A stretch of 64,000 bases of DNA from Felis catus (taxonomy: Eukaryota). Of the stretch, positions 14,151-27,000 are shown one piece after another (position 1 is the stretch's first letter; each line of letters starts with the position of its first letter). Under the pieces are notes generated by a model that saw only the letters and a program-made list of their open reading frames with translations, did no database searches and was not told the origin of the DNA. Both the position numbers and the translations under genes were made by a program. Where the stretch lies: NCBI RefSeq assembly GCF_018350175.1, contig NC_058382.1, positions 52,268,001-52,332,000 on the forward strand, given 5' to 3'.

Positions 14151-15417
14151 CACTATCATCACTCTTTGTGATGATTACATACATATACTGCCTTATAATA
14201 AGCTCACAGAAGTGGATGGATAGGGTGGGTTGGGTGGCTGGGAGGGAGAAAGGAAGGATAAAAATGGAAAACCACAGTTCCCTTTGGTGACCCGAACTCT
14301 GTTTTCAACGTGCCGATTCTCAGCCATTCCCAGTTCTTGAACTGATACTTCCATGGGTGGTATTGAGGTTATATATTTACAGATCTTGGGAAGCAAATTT
14401 TAAAGTAATCATGTATACAGTAGCTCCTGCAGGCAAAAAAACAAAAACGAAAAAAAACGAGACTAAACAAAACCATACCATGAAAGTTCCTTTCTGGGAA
14501 ACCATGGGCTCCCCTGGTGCAGGGCAGACCACGTGGCCCTGGCGGCCTGGCATCACGGGGTGTGCACAGGGACCAGCACTTTCTGGGCCCTGCCAGGCCT
14601 GTTCTTTGACCTGTGCTGAGACCACCCTCCTAGTCGTCTACGCAGCAAGCCCGTGATTACTCTCAGAGACCTCTGGTTTCTGTAAGACTCAGGAAAAACG
14701 TTTCACTGCCTGTGGTCGAGAATGTTACGTCCCATCTTGGCTTGTGAACCCAGCTTGGGTTTTCTCTGGGTACCGCCTAGGCACCCCCATTGTCACGTCC
14801 GAATTCTGCTTTTGTAGAATTGACATGTGGGGGACGTGTGCTTCAGCCCCACGGCGCTCACGTTTTAATAACGTGGGAACCATATCGTTTCCCCAGTAAA
14901 CTGTTGAGAAGCTAACTCTTGTCAGCCCCAAAACTCGAATATACATCTGAAATAAATCAACGGTGCTGTGCCGCGGCAGCCTGCTGAAAATCCCCAAGGA
15001 AGATGATATTTTTAGTGGAACTACCTGTCACCACACTGTGTTTTTGATATTGTGAGTCCTTTGTTTTCTTTATTTCGTAAAAATCTACCCAACACCTTGT
15101 CATTCAGAAAAATTGAAACAGATCCTCTCAATTAGCGGCAAAAGTTCTTATTTTGCCTTTCAAAAGCTTCTACTTCTGTTACAGTTCAGACACCGACTTG
15201 TAATCAAAAAGATGTTTTAGCTGACATTATGCAGTAATTGATAACCAAAAACAGAAAGAAGAAAAGGTTCCTGGTTGTCTGAGAAGCACTAGTAATGGGA
15301 AGGTTGACAAACGATGTGGTTTTGGGAAATGGATCTGGGCACGATGTCTCTGCCTGAAAGGACAGAGGTGTTTTAGTTTGCCACATCAGATCTCCGAGCC
15401 CCCGAGGGACCCTCACC

Positions 15418-15585
15418 CGTGGGTCTCAGCTCTGCTGTGCGTGGAGTCAGCTGGGCACCATTAAAAAACGTTGACGCCTGGCTGCTACTCCCATTCTGAC
15501 TTCCAGTTTCTGGGATGTGTGCTGGGACTTGGGCCGTTAGAATCTTCCCAGGCGGTTCTTGTGTGCTCACTGGGGCTCACTGGGG
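15418..15585. mobile_element. MER5-like hAT-Charlie fragment
   Basis: gtgggtctcagc...gagtcagctggg...attctgac...cttcccaggcggttct pattern. Confidence 0.5.
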
Positions 15586-15704
15586 CTGGAGTCGTGGTTA
15601 TCATTTGCCCACCTGGAGTTCAGCAGGGATAATTGCTTCACCTCTTCTGCTGTCATCCCCTCCCCTAAAGCAGCTCAGAGCGTTGACAGAGGTCTCTCAC
15701 CACC

Positions 15705-15880
15705 ATTAGTGTGGTGTCAGACCAGCTCAGGTTCAAAGCCTGTCTTGACAGCATAGGACCCTGAGCAAGTTAACTTTGTTTCTCTGACCCTCCGTTTCCT
15801 CATCTGTGAGATGGAGTGCAATGGAGGGTCCGAGCTGCATCCTGAGGATTAAAAGCGAGGAGTGTTTATATGTCAAGGAT
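15705..15880 (+). mobile_element. MIR
   Basis: ggttcaaagcctg...gaccctgagcaagttaactt...cctccgtttcctcatctgtgagatgg...gaggattaaa. Confidence 0.7.
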
Positions 15881-16275
15881 GTATCTGTGTCTGGAGAAGA
15901 GCCCATCTGTGGTAAAAATGCCCTTCTCCCCACGACACATATTTGTTCCTCTCACGTCTTGTCATGTGCTTCTGTGTTTTATGTAGCTACTCAGAAAAGG
16001 CAGTTCTGAGACCTGACCCCTGGACAGTCAACCCGTCTGTCCTGAATGTGGCCATACCACCTCTCTGGAAGACTTTCTCGGGGTCTTTCCATAAGATTTC
16101 CATAAGTCTTCAGGAAAAGTTTTGGGATTCTAGGGAAACATACAGAATAAAGCACAAATTAACCATAATTCCACCATCCTGGACACTCCATGTTGACAGC
16201 TTGATGTACCCGTTTTTATTCTGTGTTCATAGTTTCCTGAAAAGAGAAAGTCTGTTTACATGTATTCTTTACGCA

Positions 16276-16990
16276 TTTTTAATTGAGATCTAACTCACAT
16301 GTAATAAAATTCACCCTTTAAAGTGTTCAGTTCATTGGTTTTTAGTATATTCACAGAGTTGTTCAACCGTTACCACTGTTGAATTCCGGAACATTTTCGT
16401 CATCCTGAAAACAAACCCTAACCCATCAGCTGTCACCGTGCAGTTCCTCTCCATCCCAGCACCTCCCTGGCAACCCCCAATCTGTTTATGGTGTCTGGAT
16501 TTGTGGCCTTTTGTGTCTGGCTTCTGTCACTTAGCATAATGTTTTTAAGATTCATCCATGTTCCGCACGTATCGGCCCTCCATTGTCCTTTTTTTTTTTT
16601 TAATTGCCAAATAGGATTCCATTGTATTGATATAATACTTTATGCATTCATCAGTTGGTAAACATTTGGGCAGTTTATACCTTGGGGCTATTAAGAATAA
16701 TGCTTCTATGAACATTCGTGTACAGAGTTTTGTGTGGATGTGTACTGTCATTTGTCTTGGGTGTATGTCTAGGAGTGGAGTCGTGAGGTCATGTGGTGAC
16801 TCTACGTTTAACTTTTTGAGGAACCGTCAACCTTTTCTATAGCTGCTGCACCATTTTACGTTCCTACCAGCAGTGCGTGAGTTTCCGGTTTCTCCACAAA
16901 CTCGCCAACATTTGTTAGTCTTCTTCATGTTCTTCAATTACAGCCATCCTTTCTCATCGTAGCCACCTTAGTGGTTGGGAAGTGGTTATG
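16276..16990 (-). mobile_element. L1MB-like 3' end
   Basis: attgagat...taaaattcaccctttaaagtg...ttttagtatattcacagagttg. ORF 16545..16751 contains the L1 ORF2 C-terminal relic CTRMFIEALFLIAP. Confidence 0.85.
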
Positions 16991-17037
16991 TTACATATAT
17001 TCTCTTATAATCTGTTTTTCTTCATTCTTTAAAGAAA

Positions 17038-17249
17038 TTTTTTTTTAATGTTTATTTATTTTTGAGAGAGAGACACACAGAATGCGAGTTGGGGAGGATC
17101 AGAGAGAGAGGAAGACACAGAATCTGAAGCGGGCTCCAGGCTCTGAGCTGTCAGCATAGAGCCCAACACGGGGCTCGAACTCACAGGCGGTGAGATCGTG
17201 AACTGAGCCAAGGTCAGACGCTTAACCGGCTGAGCCACCCAGGCGCCCC
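17038..17249 (-). mobile_element. Can-SINE
   Basis: Consensus-like, with TSD tgtttttcttcattct on both sides. Confidence 0.93.
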
Positions 17250-17305
17250 TGTTTTTCTTCATTCTAAGAACACCATGGGAATTTTTTTTTATGTCATTAA
17301 ACAGA

Positions 17306-17385
17306 TTTTTTTTTTAAGTTTTTTTTTTTTTTTTGAGAGAGAGAGAGAGAGAGAGATGCATGTAAGCAGGGGAAGGGCAGAGAGA

Positions 17386-17435
<50 letters not shown>

Positions 17436-17576
17436 AGAGGGAGAGAGAATCCCAAGTATGCTCCACGTGCTGTCAGCATGGAGTCCTACCTGGGCCTTGA
17501 ACTCACAAACTATGAGATCCTGACCTGGGCCGAAACCAAGAGATGGACTCTTAACTGACCGAACCACCTAGGCGCC
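17306..17576 (-). mobile_element. Can-SINE (older type) with expanded (GA)n
   Basis: Head ends at accacctaggcgcc, with long GA tracts at 17334-17447. Confidence 0.88.
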
Positions 17577-17589
17577 TGACCAAACATAT

Positions 17590-17900
17590 TTCTATAGCTT
17601 GAATTTTAGGGGCTTTACAGGAATCCATTGCATATATGTAAAGTTATGTAACCAAGCTTGAATTGTCAGATGCTAGGTTGACTCTCATTTTTTTTTGTTG
17701 CTATTGTAAGCACTATGGTAAGGTCCTGCACATACCTCCTTTTGGATCTCTTGTTTCCTTAGGATCCATTCTTGCAAGGGGAGTTTCTGGATCAAAGCAT
17801 AGAATATCTTTTAATACTGCTGGTGAATACAGCCAAATTACCCTCCAGAAATGTTACGTGTAACTTTTTCTCATTACTTTCTTAAACACTGGGCAATTGC
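17590..17900 (-). mobile_element. L1ME-like fragment
   Basis: gtttccttagga...tctggatcaaag...gccaaattaccctccagaaa pattern. Confidence 0.55.
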
Positions 17901-19520
17901 TATTGAAATCTGAAATATTTATTTAATGGCCATCAACTATGTATTATCAAGTGCAAGGCTTCTGTTCGTTAGTCGCTGAAATTCTCTTTTCAGTGACTGA
18001 TTCATGTCGTCTGTGCCCATCGTACCCAGGGGGAGGAGAAACCACTTCCTGGTGGGGGCAGAAGAGACATCCTAGGTTTTCCTTTATTGGTGAAGATGCG
18101 TGGGGGAGCTCACTGGGGCTGAGCAGTCTGGGAAAGTGGATAGAGCACTGCGCTGGGAGTCAGGAAGGACTGGCCGTCTCCCAACTCTCTCACTATCACT
18201 ATGACCAATTCCTAGCTCATTCCTTGTCTTAGATGGCGGTGTTCTAGGCTCCTCCTTGGGTTTTCTCCATTGTAGAAGCACAGCTCTGGCATGCGACTGT
18301 GTTAATTTTTCAGAAACTTTCTCAGGCTCAGCTCTGCTGTGACACCTACAAGCAGAACTTGCCACCCTGTTAGAGGGAGGCCTTCCTATTGATTTTCCAT
18401 GAGAATTCGCTATGACCTTTAAAGACCCTGACACCAAAATAGATTTCAATCCCAGGCTTCCCTGCCCTGTTTGACCCTCAGGTGTCTTGGCCCAAGCAGA
18501 CCTTTCTTCCCTCTTTTTCATCCTGTGGGAGAGTCCCAGGCTTAGCGGAGCTGTGGATGAGGTTCGTTTTGTTTTATTTGCCACTGCACTCAACTGCACC
18601 ACTGGAACAAAGTGGGTTTGCCACTACCTGCCGGGGCAGGCTGCCAGCTGGGGCTTCCCGTCCTGCTTTTCGGTTTGTTTTTGTCTTCTTGGGACGGTTT
18701 CTGAGTGATCACATTGGTCTAGTTCTGTTTCGTTTTAATAAAAGGCTCAACCGCCTTTATGATCTTTCAGGCAGATGTCAGACCTATTTATTTTACCATC
18801 ATGTATACACAAGTTTTGTGACAGCAAAAGTGGTCCACACCCATTGCAGAACATTTGGAAAAATGTGGAAAAGCGTACATATGAAAATTGACCATTTTCC
18901 TGGTCCTCCATTAATCTCTCTTGATTTCTTAAAATTTATTACTATGGAGACTTTGAAATACACACAAGAGAGAAAAGAGGTATAAGGGGCTTTACCATAG
19001 CCTTTATTTAGGTCTTACAATCATCAACATATGGTCAGTTTTACTCAATCTGAAGCCCCTTTCTTGCGAGATTACTTTAAAGCAAATCTAAGACATTATA
19101 AATTTCCATCCATGAACACACTCTTACTAATCCATAGTTAATACTGCTGTTCGTATTTCAGAAATCACCTTCCGTTTTGTTTTTTACTTTCAGTGGCACG
19201 ATACGCATTCGGTAGGAAAGACATTAAACATCTATGTGTTTAAATATGTATTTCAAGTACTTTTTAAAAATTTGTTTCTCCTATGTTTTTCCCTAAGTTT
19301 TCTGTAATTATTTAGTTGAGATACTAAATCAGCAAACTATTACGGTAGGTCGTAATATTACCTGTTAAGATCCTAATAATAGGCTAAAATAGTGTCACAA
19401 ACTGAAACCATTTAGCTTTGCGTAATCAATCAACTGTCAAAAAAAACAAACGAACAAAAAACCCAGAACACCCAAACCACACAACCTTGTTTTCATTGAA
19501 CTCACTGTCTTGCTTGAGTC

Positions 19521-19767
19521 TTTTTTTTTTAATGTTTATCCATTATTTATGTGAAATTCACTTGTTTTTAATGTTTATTAATTTTTGAGAGAGAGACCGA
19601 GTGCGAGTGGGGGAGCGGCAGAGAGAGGGGGACACACAGATTCCGATGCAGGCTCCAGGCTCTGAGGTCTCAGCACGGAGCCCGCTGTGGGGCTCGAATT
19701 CCTGTACTGTGAGATCGTGACCTGAGCCGAAGTTGGATCCTTAACCGACTCAGCCACCCAGGCGCCC
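19521..19767 (-). mobile_element. Can-SINE with a double or extended tail
   Basis: Consensus body, TSD ttgagtct, and two 'aatgtttat' tail motifs. Confidence 0.9.
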
Positions 19768-19980
19768 GTTGAGTCTCCTTTTCTGTTCTTGGTGGAAGTG
19801 TGAGGCAAGGGTGGATGGGGCCTGGAGAGCTGTTAGCCACAGCTGCTCCAGTTCATGGTGGATGGAGCCCAACGGGAGGCCACCTAGCTCGTTCCTAGAG
19901 TGTCATGGTAGGTTTCTCAGAAGCCAAGGATTTTTTTGTAATTGAGATAGAATTTGTAGACCATAAAATTCACCATTAAA

Positions 19981-20190
19981 TTTTTTTTTATGTTTATTTA
20001 CTTTTGAGAGACAGAGAGAGATGTGGCACGAGTGGCAGAGGGGCAGAGAGAGGGAGACACAGAATCCGAAGCAGGCTCCAGGCTCTGAGATTCAGTACAG
20101 AGCCCAACGCGGGGCTCGAACTCACGAGCCGTGAGATCATGACCTGAGCTGGAGTCGGACGCTCAGCCGACTGAGCTACCCAGGCGCCCC
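19981..20190 (-). mobile_element. Can-SINE nested in an L1MB fragment
   Basis: Consensus body with TSD taaaattcaccatt / taaaatttaccatt. Confidence 0.92.
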
Positions 20191-20223
20191 TAAAATTTAC
20201 CATTTTAAAGGGTACAATTCGGG

Positions 20224-20424
20224 GGGGTGCCTGGGTGGCTCAGTGGGTTAAGCGTCAGACCCTTGCTTTTGGCTCAGGTCATGATCTTATAGTTTGTGGG
20301 ATTGAGCCCCATGTGAGGCTCTGCGCTGGTGGCACGGGGTCTTCTTGGGTGTCTTCCTCTCTCTGTCCCTCCCCTACTTGGCGGTCTCTCTCTCTCTCTC
20401 TCAAATAAAGACTAAAAAAAATAA
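20224..20424 (+). mobile_element. Can-SINE (older type) nested in an L1MB fragment
   Basis: ggggtgcctgggtggctcag head, (CT)n and A tail, with a degenerate TSD gtacaattc / gtactgttc. Confidence 0.9.
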
Positions 20425-22518
20425 TCACGTGTACTGTTCAGTAGTTCTTATTCTATCCACTGGCTTGTGCAACCATTGCAGTATTTCCAGAACATTTGTA
20501 TCACTCCAAAGAGAAACTCGCGCCTGTGCCCATTAGCAGTGATTTCCCACCTCCCACCCCTGCTTCCGCCCTTGGCAACAGCTCGTTTTTCTCTCTCTAC
20601 TGATTTGCCTCTTCCGGACTTCCATATTAGTGGAATCATACAACACTTCATCTTTTGCCCCTGGCTTCTTTCACTTAGCATAATGTTTCTGAGCCATGGC
20701 ACGATCAGTATTTCATTGCTTTTTATGGCCAAATAATATTCCATTACACAGGTAGACCACATTTTGCATATCCATGCATCATTTGGTAGGCATGGGGCAT
20801 ATTTCCACTTCCTGGCAATTAGAAGCAATGCCGCTGTGAACCTTATTCCCAGTGTCTTGCCTTCTTGGAAGAAATCATGGTACTTGGGGGTGAAAGGTGT
20901 TAGAAGGTAGGGTGATTCAGACAGTGAAACGACTCTCTGGGGACCAGTATTCCTCCCATGCTCAACAAGGCCCTTGCCAAGCCCCTCTTGAAGAACGGCC
21001 CACTGGGACGTGCCCAGCGGTCTTCTGATCTTCTAGAAAGCACGTCTCCTGGGGAGAAGTTTTCAAGTCCACAATCACAGCCCACGAGAGACCCAAGATG
21101 TTGTAGTTACCTTTTTCTGTTTGAGCCACCAGCGCAAAGTGACAGGCTGCCTCCAACTTGGGCTCAATTATTTTGTAAAGCTTTTTGTTTATTTGACCTC
21201 TCCTGACCCAGGAAAGAATTCCAACCAATGATGGTTGACTCCCTTTGGCACTGGGGTCTGCTTGCTTTACAGCTGATGACAGAGGGGCCACACTGCTACC
21301 GTATGTGAACTAATCCTTAACTCCTGAGCTGCGCGCTGTTTCCAGCAAGGTTGTATTTCTTCATTAGCTATTCCCAGGGCCCAGGGAGTCCCAGAGGATG
21401 TCAGAGTACATTAATTTTTATCATAACATGGAATCTTTCAGGTCTGAATGGCAGCACACAGCTGTCAGGGGCTTTCTGAACTCGATTACAGCTCCATATA
21501 TCTCTAGGCAAAACAGAGGCAGGAGTCCTCATTGGCAGGGGAATGTACAAAATGCATGAGACGTTTTATTGTTCGAGTAACTTGACCATGCACTTAAGCA
21601 CATTCCCCAGCTAATTTTTTTTCCTGTTGTCCACGTAAGTTCCCCTCTGCCACCCCACTTTAAACCCCCTCCCTTCCCCGTGACCACATAAGGTATATTT
21701 TAACAAAGCTCTTTTGCGTCACGGTAATGAAATCATCATCTGGTACTTAGACAGCTCTTGTGTAAGTATATTAAAAAATGAACATTCCCAAGATGTTTTA
21801 GCAGAATTTATTTAGCAGATTGGTATTGCAGAAGTTTATAAATAATGGCTTGTAATGCTTAATATTGCTTTATGGCTACAAAATACAATTTTAATTCAGA
21901 AGAATGCTAATTTGTTTTCAGAGAGGCGAGTTCTTTCTTCATTGACTTTATATTTTCCGCTTGTCCACAGAGTAGAACGTTTGGAGGGATACATTATACT
22001 TAGAGAAGGATGCCCAGGTATTATTTTCGCCTTGTCAGCAAATGCCAGGAATCCCCTGTGAGCAAGGTCCTGTATTATAGTCACCGCTCGGTGTGCATAT
22101 AAGGACCCTCCCACAAGGAAATCACAGTGAAAGAGACGAGCCAGTGTTTTCAGTTGTGAGGGCAAGTGGATTCTTCATAGGCATGGCCAAATAATTTACT
22201 GCCAGCTCTCGTTCCTTCACTCAAGTGTCGCGGATAATTCTGATTTTTTTCGTAATGGATGTGTTTTCTAAGGCCACGTGCCCTATTCATTTAATTATTC
22301 CCTGTGCCGGACAGCCAAATCGCACGAGCTCTGTGAACCATAGAGCGCTTTCCCAGAGTCCTCATATCACTTTTTATGTATAAGCTGGACACAGGCAAGT
22401 ACTCTATCTTAACACATACTAATTTTTTAAAACTAAAGCCAGAACAGCAGCCCTCCTTAGCAGCTGTTTTTGCAGAGGACAAAACCGAGAAATACAGATG
22501 TTGGTTTCCAGTGCATCG

Positions 22519-22733
22519 TTTTTGTTTGTTTGTTTGTTTTTAAGTTTTTAAGTTTATTTTTGAGGAAGAGACAAAACACAAGCGGGTGAGGGGAAGAGAG
22601 GGGCGGCTAGAAGATCTAAGCAGGCTCTGCACTGAGAGCAGAGAGCCCGGTGTGGGGCTTGAACTCACAAACTGTGAGATCATGACCTGAACTGAATTCG
22701 GACTCTTAACCGACTGAGCCCCCCAGGTGCCCC
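22519..22733 (-). mobile_element. Can-SINE
   Basis: Reverse-complement head (cttaaccgactgagcc...caggtgcccc) and (TTTG)n tail. Confidence 0.9.
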
Positions 22734-24467
22734 TCAGTCGTCTTTTTTACAAAAGTGATTACAGGTGGTCCTTAAATTTGATGCAAATTAGGCAAGTGGC
22801 ACAGAGGTGACTGCACTGTGGACGAAGCCAACACGGAGAGAGGCTGTATGGGTTAAAGCCAAATTTCTGTGCGCATGCAGTGATTGAATCACACGAGCAA
22901 GGATGCAGAGAGCTGTCACCTGCGATCTCTTATTTAGTTTTCAGGGATCCAGTGATTCACCAAACTTCTATTGCATCTCAGACGTGGTGCTGCGTGTGGG
23001 AGCACAGGGGTGACTTCAGCGACAGACTCAGCCCTTCAGGGGTTTCTGGCCACCCGTAGTGACGACTACGTTTTGTGTCCCAGAAAACTGAGCACCACAA
23101 AGAAAGTAACCAGCTCCCTCTTCTCTAAATAATGCCAGCCCCAGCCCTCCGTGTCCGCCAGCTTCTTCCCTTCCTGCATTTATATGAGTAACACTCACAC
23201 TCTCTGAGTTCCCTTGCGGAGTTTTTTCAACTCTACATTAGCCTCCCAAGACTACTTTCACATCACCAGTGAATTTCTGTAGGACGTGACCATCATTCGT
23301 CAGATGAACAAATGGGAGTTTGCCAAGAGAGACTTTGGTTCATTTGCATTTGCTCCATCTGTGGGAGCTACGTTCAAGTGAAGTTACTGGGTTATGAGCG
23401 GGGTTGAATTTATTTATCCTTACTGTTCCCATCCTTCCATCCTTATTGCGCTCATCATTGTTTGTCCAAAGTATTAAATACTCCCAGGGAGCCAGAACAC
23501 AGGGGGATAAAGAGCTGAACGCAAAGGGGAAGAACGAAACGAAACAACATTGAACTGTAACAACAAAGCATCACACCCGCATTTGAGATATCGTGTCAGC
23601 TGGATTAAGGGCTCTTCGTGGCATAATTACCAAATTGACACATATTTTCTGGAAAGCCCTCTTGGAAGAGGATGTAGGTATTTTCCTGTGGCAGACCTTG
23701 CGCCGTTTAGCGAGGTTGAGATTTTGCTGCTGGGCCTGTATATGATAGGACGGGAAAATATAATCAAGGTAATCAACACGAGGCAAAAATTTAAGGAAAT
23801 CACAAAAACAAGCGTGTTTCTATTTTCCGTTAAGTGTATGTACTGATGTTCTGGAATTCACTCTAAGAAGTTGTAAATGGTGCATGAAATGAAAAATTCC
23901 TGGTGGTCTCCAGGGACGCAGCCAGTGCTCGGCTCTATTCCTGCTGATTGGTTTGGATTATTTTCTTTATTCTAACTTAGGGGAAAAAAAAAGTGTAGCT
24001 GGGTTATCTTAACAGCAGAATCCACTCTGGGTTAATTATTACTTTAATGCTTGATGGTGTCCTTAAATTCTTAAAACATGCGGGTCCTTTAAAATTTAGA
24101 AGCGCGGCGAGGCCGTCACTGACCGTCTAAACTGATGTTGATTTTATGTGTTCATATTTCTCTTGTTCCACTTGCCTGATTTCCTTGCATATTTATTGAG
24201 GATCTTCCCTGCCAGAGATATCGGGTAAGAATGTGGGAAACCACGTATAGGTATTTTGTAAATATGGGAGACCATTATATACATATTTTATATCTCTGAA
24301 TTATTGATAGCTAGCATGTCCCCAAAGTGTAGTCAAGGTCTAGGAAATAGGCAGCCGAGAAAAAAATAGCATGTTTTAGATACCATCCCTTTAATGGCTG
24401 ATGTGAGGTATTTTACATTTCTCTCGAATTTTCATAACTAGCAAACAAGGTGGGTATTATCATTCCC

Positions 24468-24693
24468 TTTTTTAAAAAAATGTCTTTTATCGTTTATTCA
24501 TTTTTGAGAGATGGAGAGAGACCGAGCATGAGTGGGGGAGGGGCAGAGAGAGAGGGAGACACAGAATCCGAAACAGGCTCCAGGCTCTGAGCCGTCAGCA
24601 CAGAGCCTGATGCAGGGCTTGAACCTATGGACCACAAAATCATGACCTGAGCTGCAGTTGGACGCTTAACCGACTGAGCCGCCCAGGCACCCC
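24468..24693 (-). mobile_element. Can-SINE
   Basis: Consensus-like body and head. Confidence 0.92.
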
Positions 24694-25679
24694 TCTCCTC
24701 TCTCTTTTATCATTATTATTGTTGTGAGTTTGAGCAGCTGATTATATATTGTTTCCAGTATGTTACCATAAGTAAGCATTTTTGTAAAAGTTTGTTGGTA
24801 TGGCACCTAAAATCCTCTTGACTTTTGCCATTGGCACGCACGCTGTGCGCGAGCCTCTCGGACAGTTATGGTCTTGGTGGATTGCTGGAGTGTTGAGAAC
24901 CTTCCCTGGGCTTGAGGTAGCTGTTCAAGAGAACTTCTGTGTTCTGTTGTATGCTGCCACCCATGAATTCAAAATCAAGCAGCCCTAGCTCTTTGAGCAG
25001 AGATCCACCTTGGAATTCTACAGTAATTTTTTCCTCTTCCTCTTCTGGAAGAAAAAGAAAACCTAACAGTAAGTCTGAGAAACAGTTGCATTTGGGACTT
25101 TGGGTCCTTAGGCCCTTTTTTCTATTGAATTTCAGACTATTTCCAAATAGTATGAATTCCCCACAGCTCGCTTGAGAAACGCCCCAGATGGCGTGGCATT
25201 CTGTTTCAAGGAGGAATTGAAAAGTATTTCCCTTTACATAACATTACACTGAGCTCATTCTTTTGCCGTGTCTGAGATGGAATCCCCAAAAGCCACAATT
25301 GTGTTAATATTCCGCAGGGTGTTTATTTAGGCTGTAAAGGTCTGTCTCGTTTTTTGGAGCATGTTATGATTCAGTTTACAAATCTTCACTGTAACTCAAC
25401 CCTGTGATGGTTGCTACTGCTGATCATAGACTCTTTGAAAGCACCTTCTCAGTCTTCACGTTTGACATTGTGTGTCTGGTTCTTTGGTTGTTTGACTCAT
25501 GATGGGCTGGTCTTATCCTCAAAGCATAAATAACTCTGTCTTCATGGATCAGCTAGGACCAAGTGCACTTTTCCCCCCCTTCTCTTGCCATATTCTAGGT
25601 AACAGTATAGTGTAAAACATGGCTATGGAGTATGGTTTATAAACCAAATGTTTTAGGATTTGGGAAAATAGCACTGATT

Positions 25680-25925
25680 CAGTGTATTCATTGACTCATT
25701 CATTCTTTCATTCATTCATTCTACACCAAAGGCTTACTCCTTACTGCATGCAAACAAAGGCTGGGCAAGCAAAGACTTCTTTCCTATGGACACAGATTGT
25801 AGTCTGCTGGCAAAGATAACAGATCGTGGCACAAAGGTGAAGTCGTGGAGGAATGGATACAACCCAGGCAGAATTGAAGGCCAAGCCTCCTGGGAGACGC
25901 TATACCTCAGAAGCTGATCTTCTGT
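25680..25925 (-). mobile_element. L2 3' fragment
   Basis: A (TTCA)n/(ATTC)n terminus followed by degenerate L2-like sequence. Confidence 0.5.
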
Positions 25926-26570
25926 TTCCAATGAACACTCAAGATGTGCTTGGGTTGGGTTTTTGTTAGTTACTGAAGAGCATTCAGAATGGTTGGCAGG
26001 GTTGAGAATGGCAGTGGATGTTTGTGGAGAACACAGACAGGATGTTGGGCCTCGAGGGGTCGGTGTCAGTAGGAGGGGACTTGTAGGTCAGGGATCTTGG
26101 GAAACAGATGGGTCTCCTGTCCCATGCATTTATCTAGTGGTCGTAGGTCGAAGGAACTTGTGTCCATTGGTTATATCTGTCTTTCCGTCAATCACACTGT
26201 TGGCAACCTTGGAAAAGATTGAGGGAAAGTGTTTACGAAATTCAGAAGAGGGAGACAGTGCTATCATCCAGATTTGGAGCAAGGAATTCTCCAAGGAAGT
26301 GTCTTCTGAGTAGCACTTGGGAGACGGGGTGGGTTGTGATGTGTACAATGGGCATTTGGGACCGAGTGAGGGACCCCATTAGTTCCATCTAAGTGGACCA
26401 GTAAAGTGAAGCAGCAAAGCACTCTGTCACTGTGTGAGCAAGGATTGGAAAGTCATGTGATAAAAACGTCACTAGTTTCTCTATTGTCCAGAAATGTCCA
26501 CACCTACCATCGCCATGGGTGAGAGTCAGTTTGGAGACAGTATGAAATACTGGCATTTTATTCGAGTTTA

Positions 26571-26576
26571 ATTTAT

Positions 26577-26610
<34 letters not shown>

Positions 26611-26751
26611 ATATGTATATGTATATGTATATATATATAAATAAATAAATATATATGTGTGTGTATATATATATATACACATATGTATATATATAAATAA
26701 ATATATATATACACATATATATATAAATAAATAAATATGTGTGTGTGTGTG

Positions 26752-26786
<35 letters not shown>
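26571..26786. repeat. Compound (AT)n/(TAAA)n/(GT)n/(AC)n microsatellite
   Basis: Read directly. Confidence 0.97.
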
Positions 26787-26788
<2 letters not shown>

Positions 26789-27000
26789 TTATTTATTTTT
26801 TAATGTGTATTCACCTTTTGAGAGACAGAGACAGTGTGAACAGGGCAAGGGCAGAGAGAGAGGGAGACACAGGATCCGAAGCAGGCTTCAGGCTCTGAGC
26901 TGTCAGCACAGCACCCGATGCAGGGCCCAAACTCACGAACCCTGAGATCATGACCCGAGCGAAGTCAGATGCTCAACCGACTGAGCCACCCAAGCGCCCC
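26787..27000 (-). mobile_element. Can-SINE whose tail runs into a compound microsatellite
   Basis: Consensus-like body, with the head ending at ...ccaagcgcccc. Confidence 0.92.

Larger units (their letters stand above)
19931..20845 (-). mobile_element. L1MB-like 3' end split by two SINEs
   Basis: Collinear with 16276-16740 once the SINEs are removed. ORF 20448..20828 contains the relic MEYYLAIKSNEIL...IMLSERSQ. Confidence 0.85.

Noticed and set aside
18084..18985. 172-aa and 167-aa ORFs as a nested gene
   Set aside because: No recognisable domain, no supporting splice structure, and partial overlap with degenerate repeat-like sequence.
26389..26945. ORFs rich in YIYI/CVCV/HTHT
   Set aside because: These are translations of dinucleotide microsatellites.
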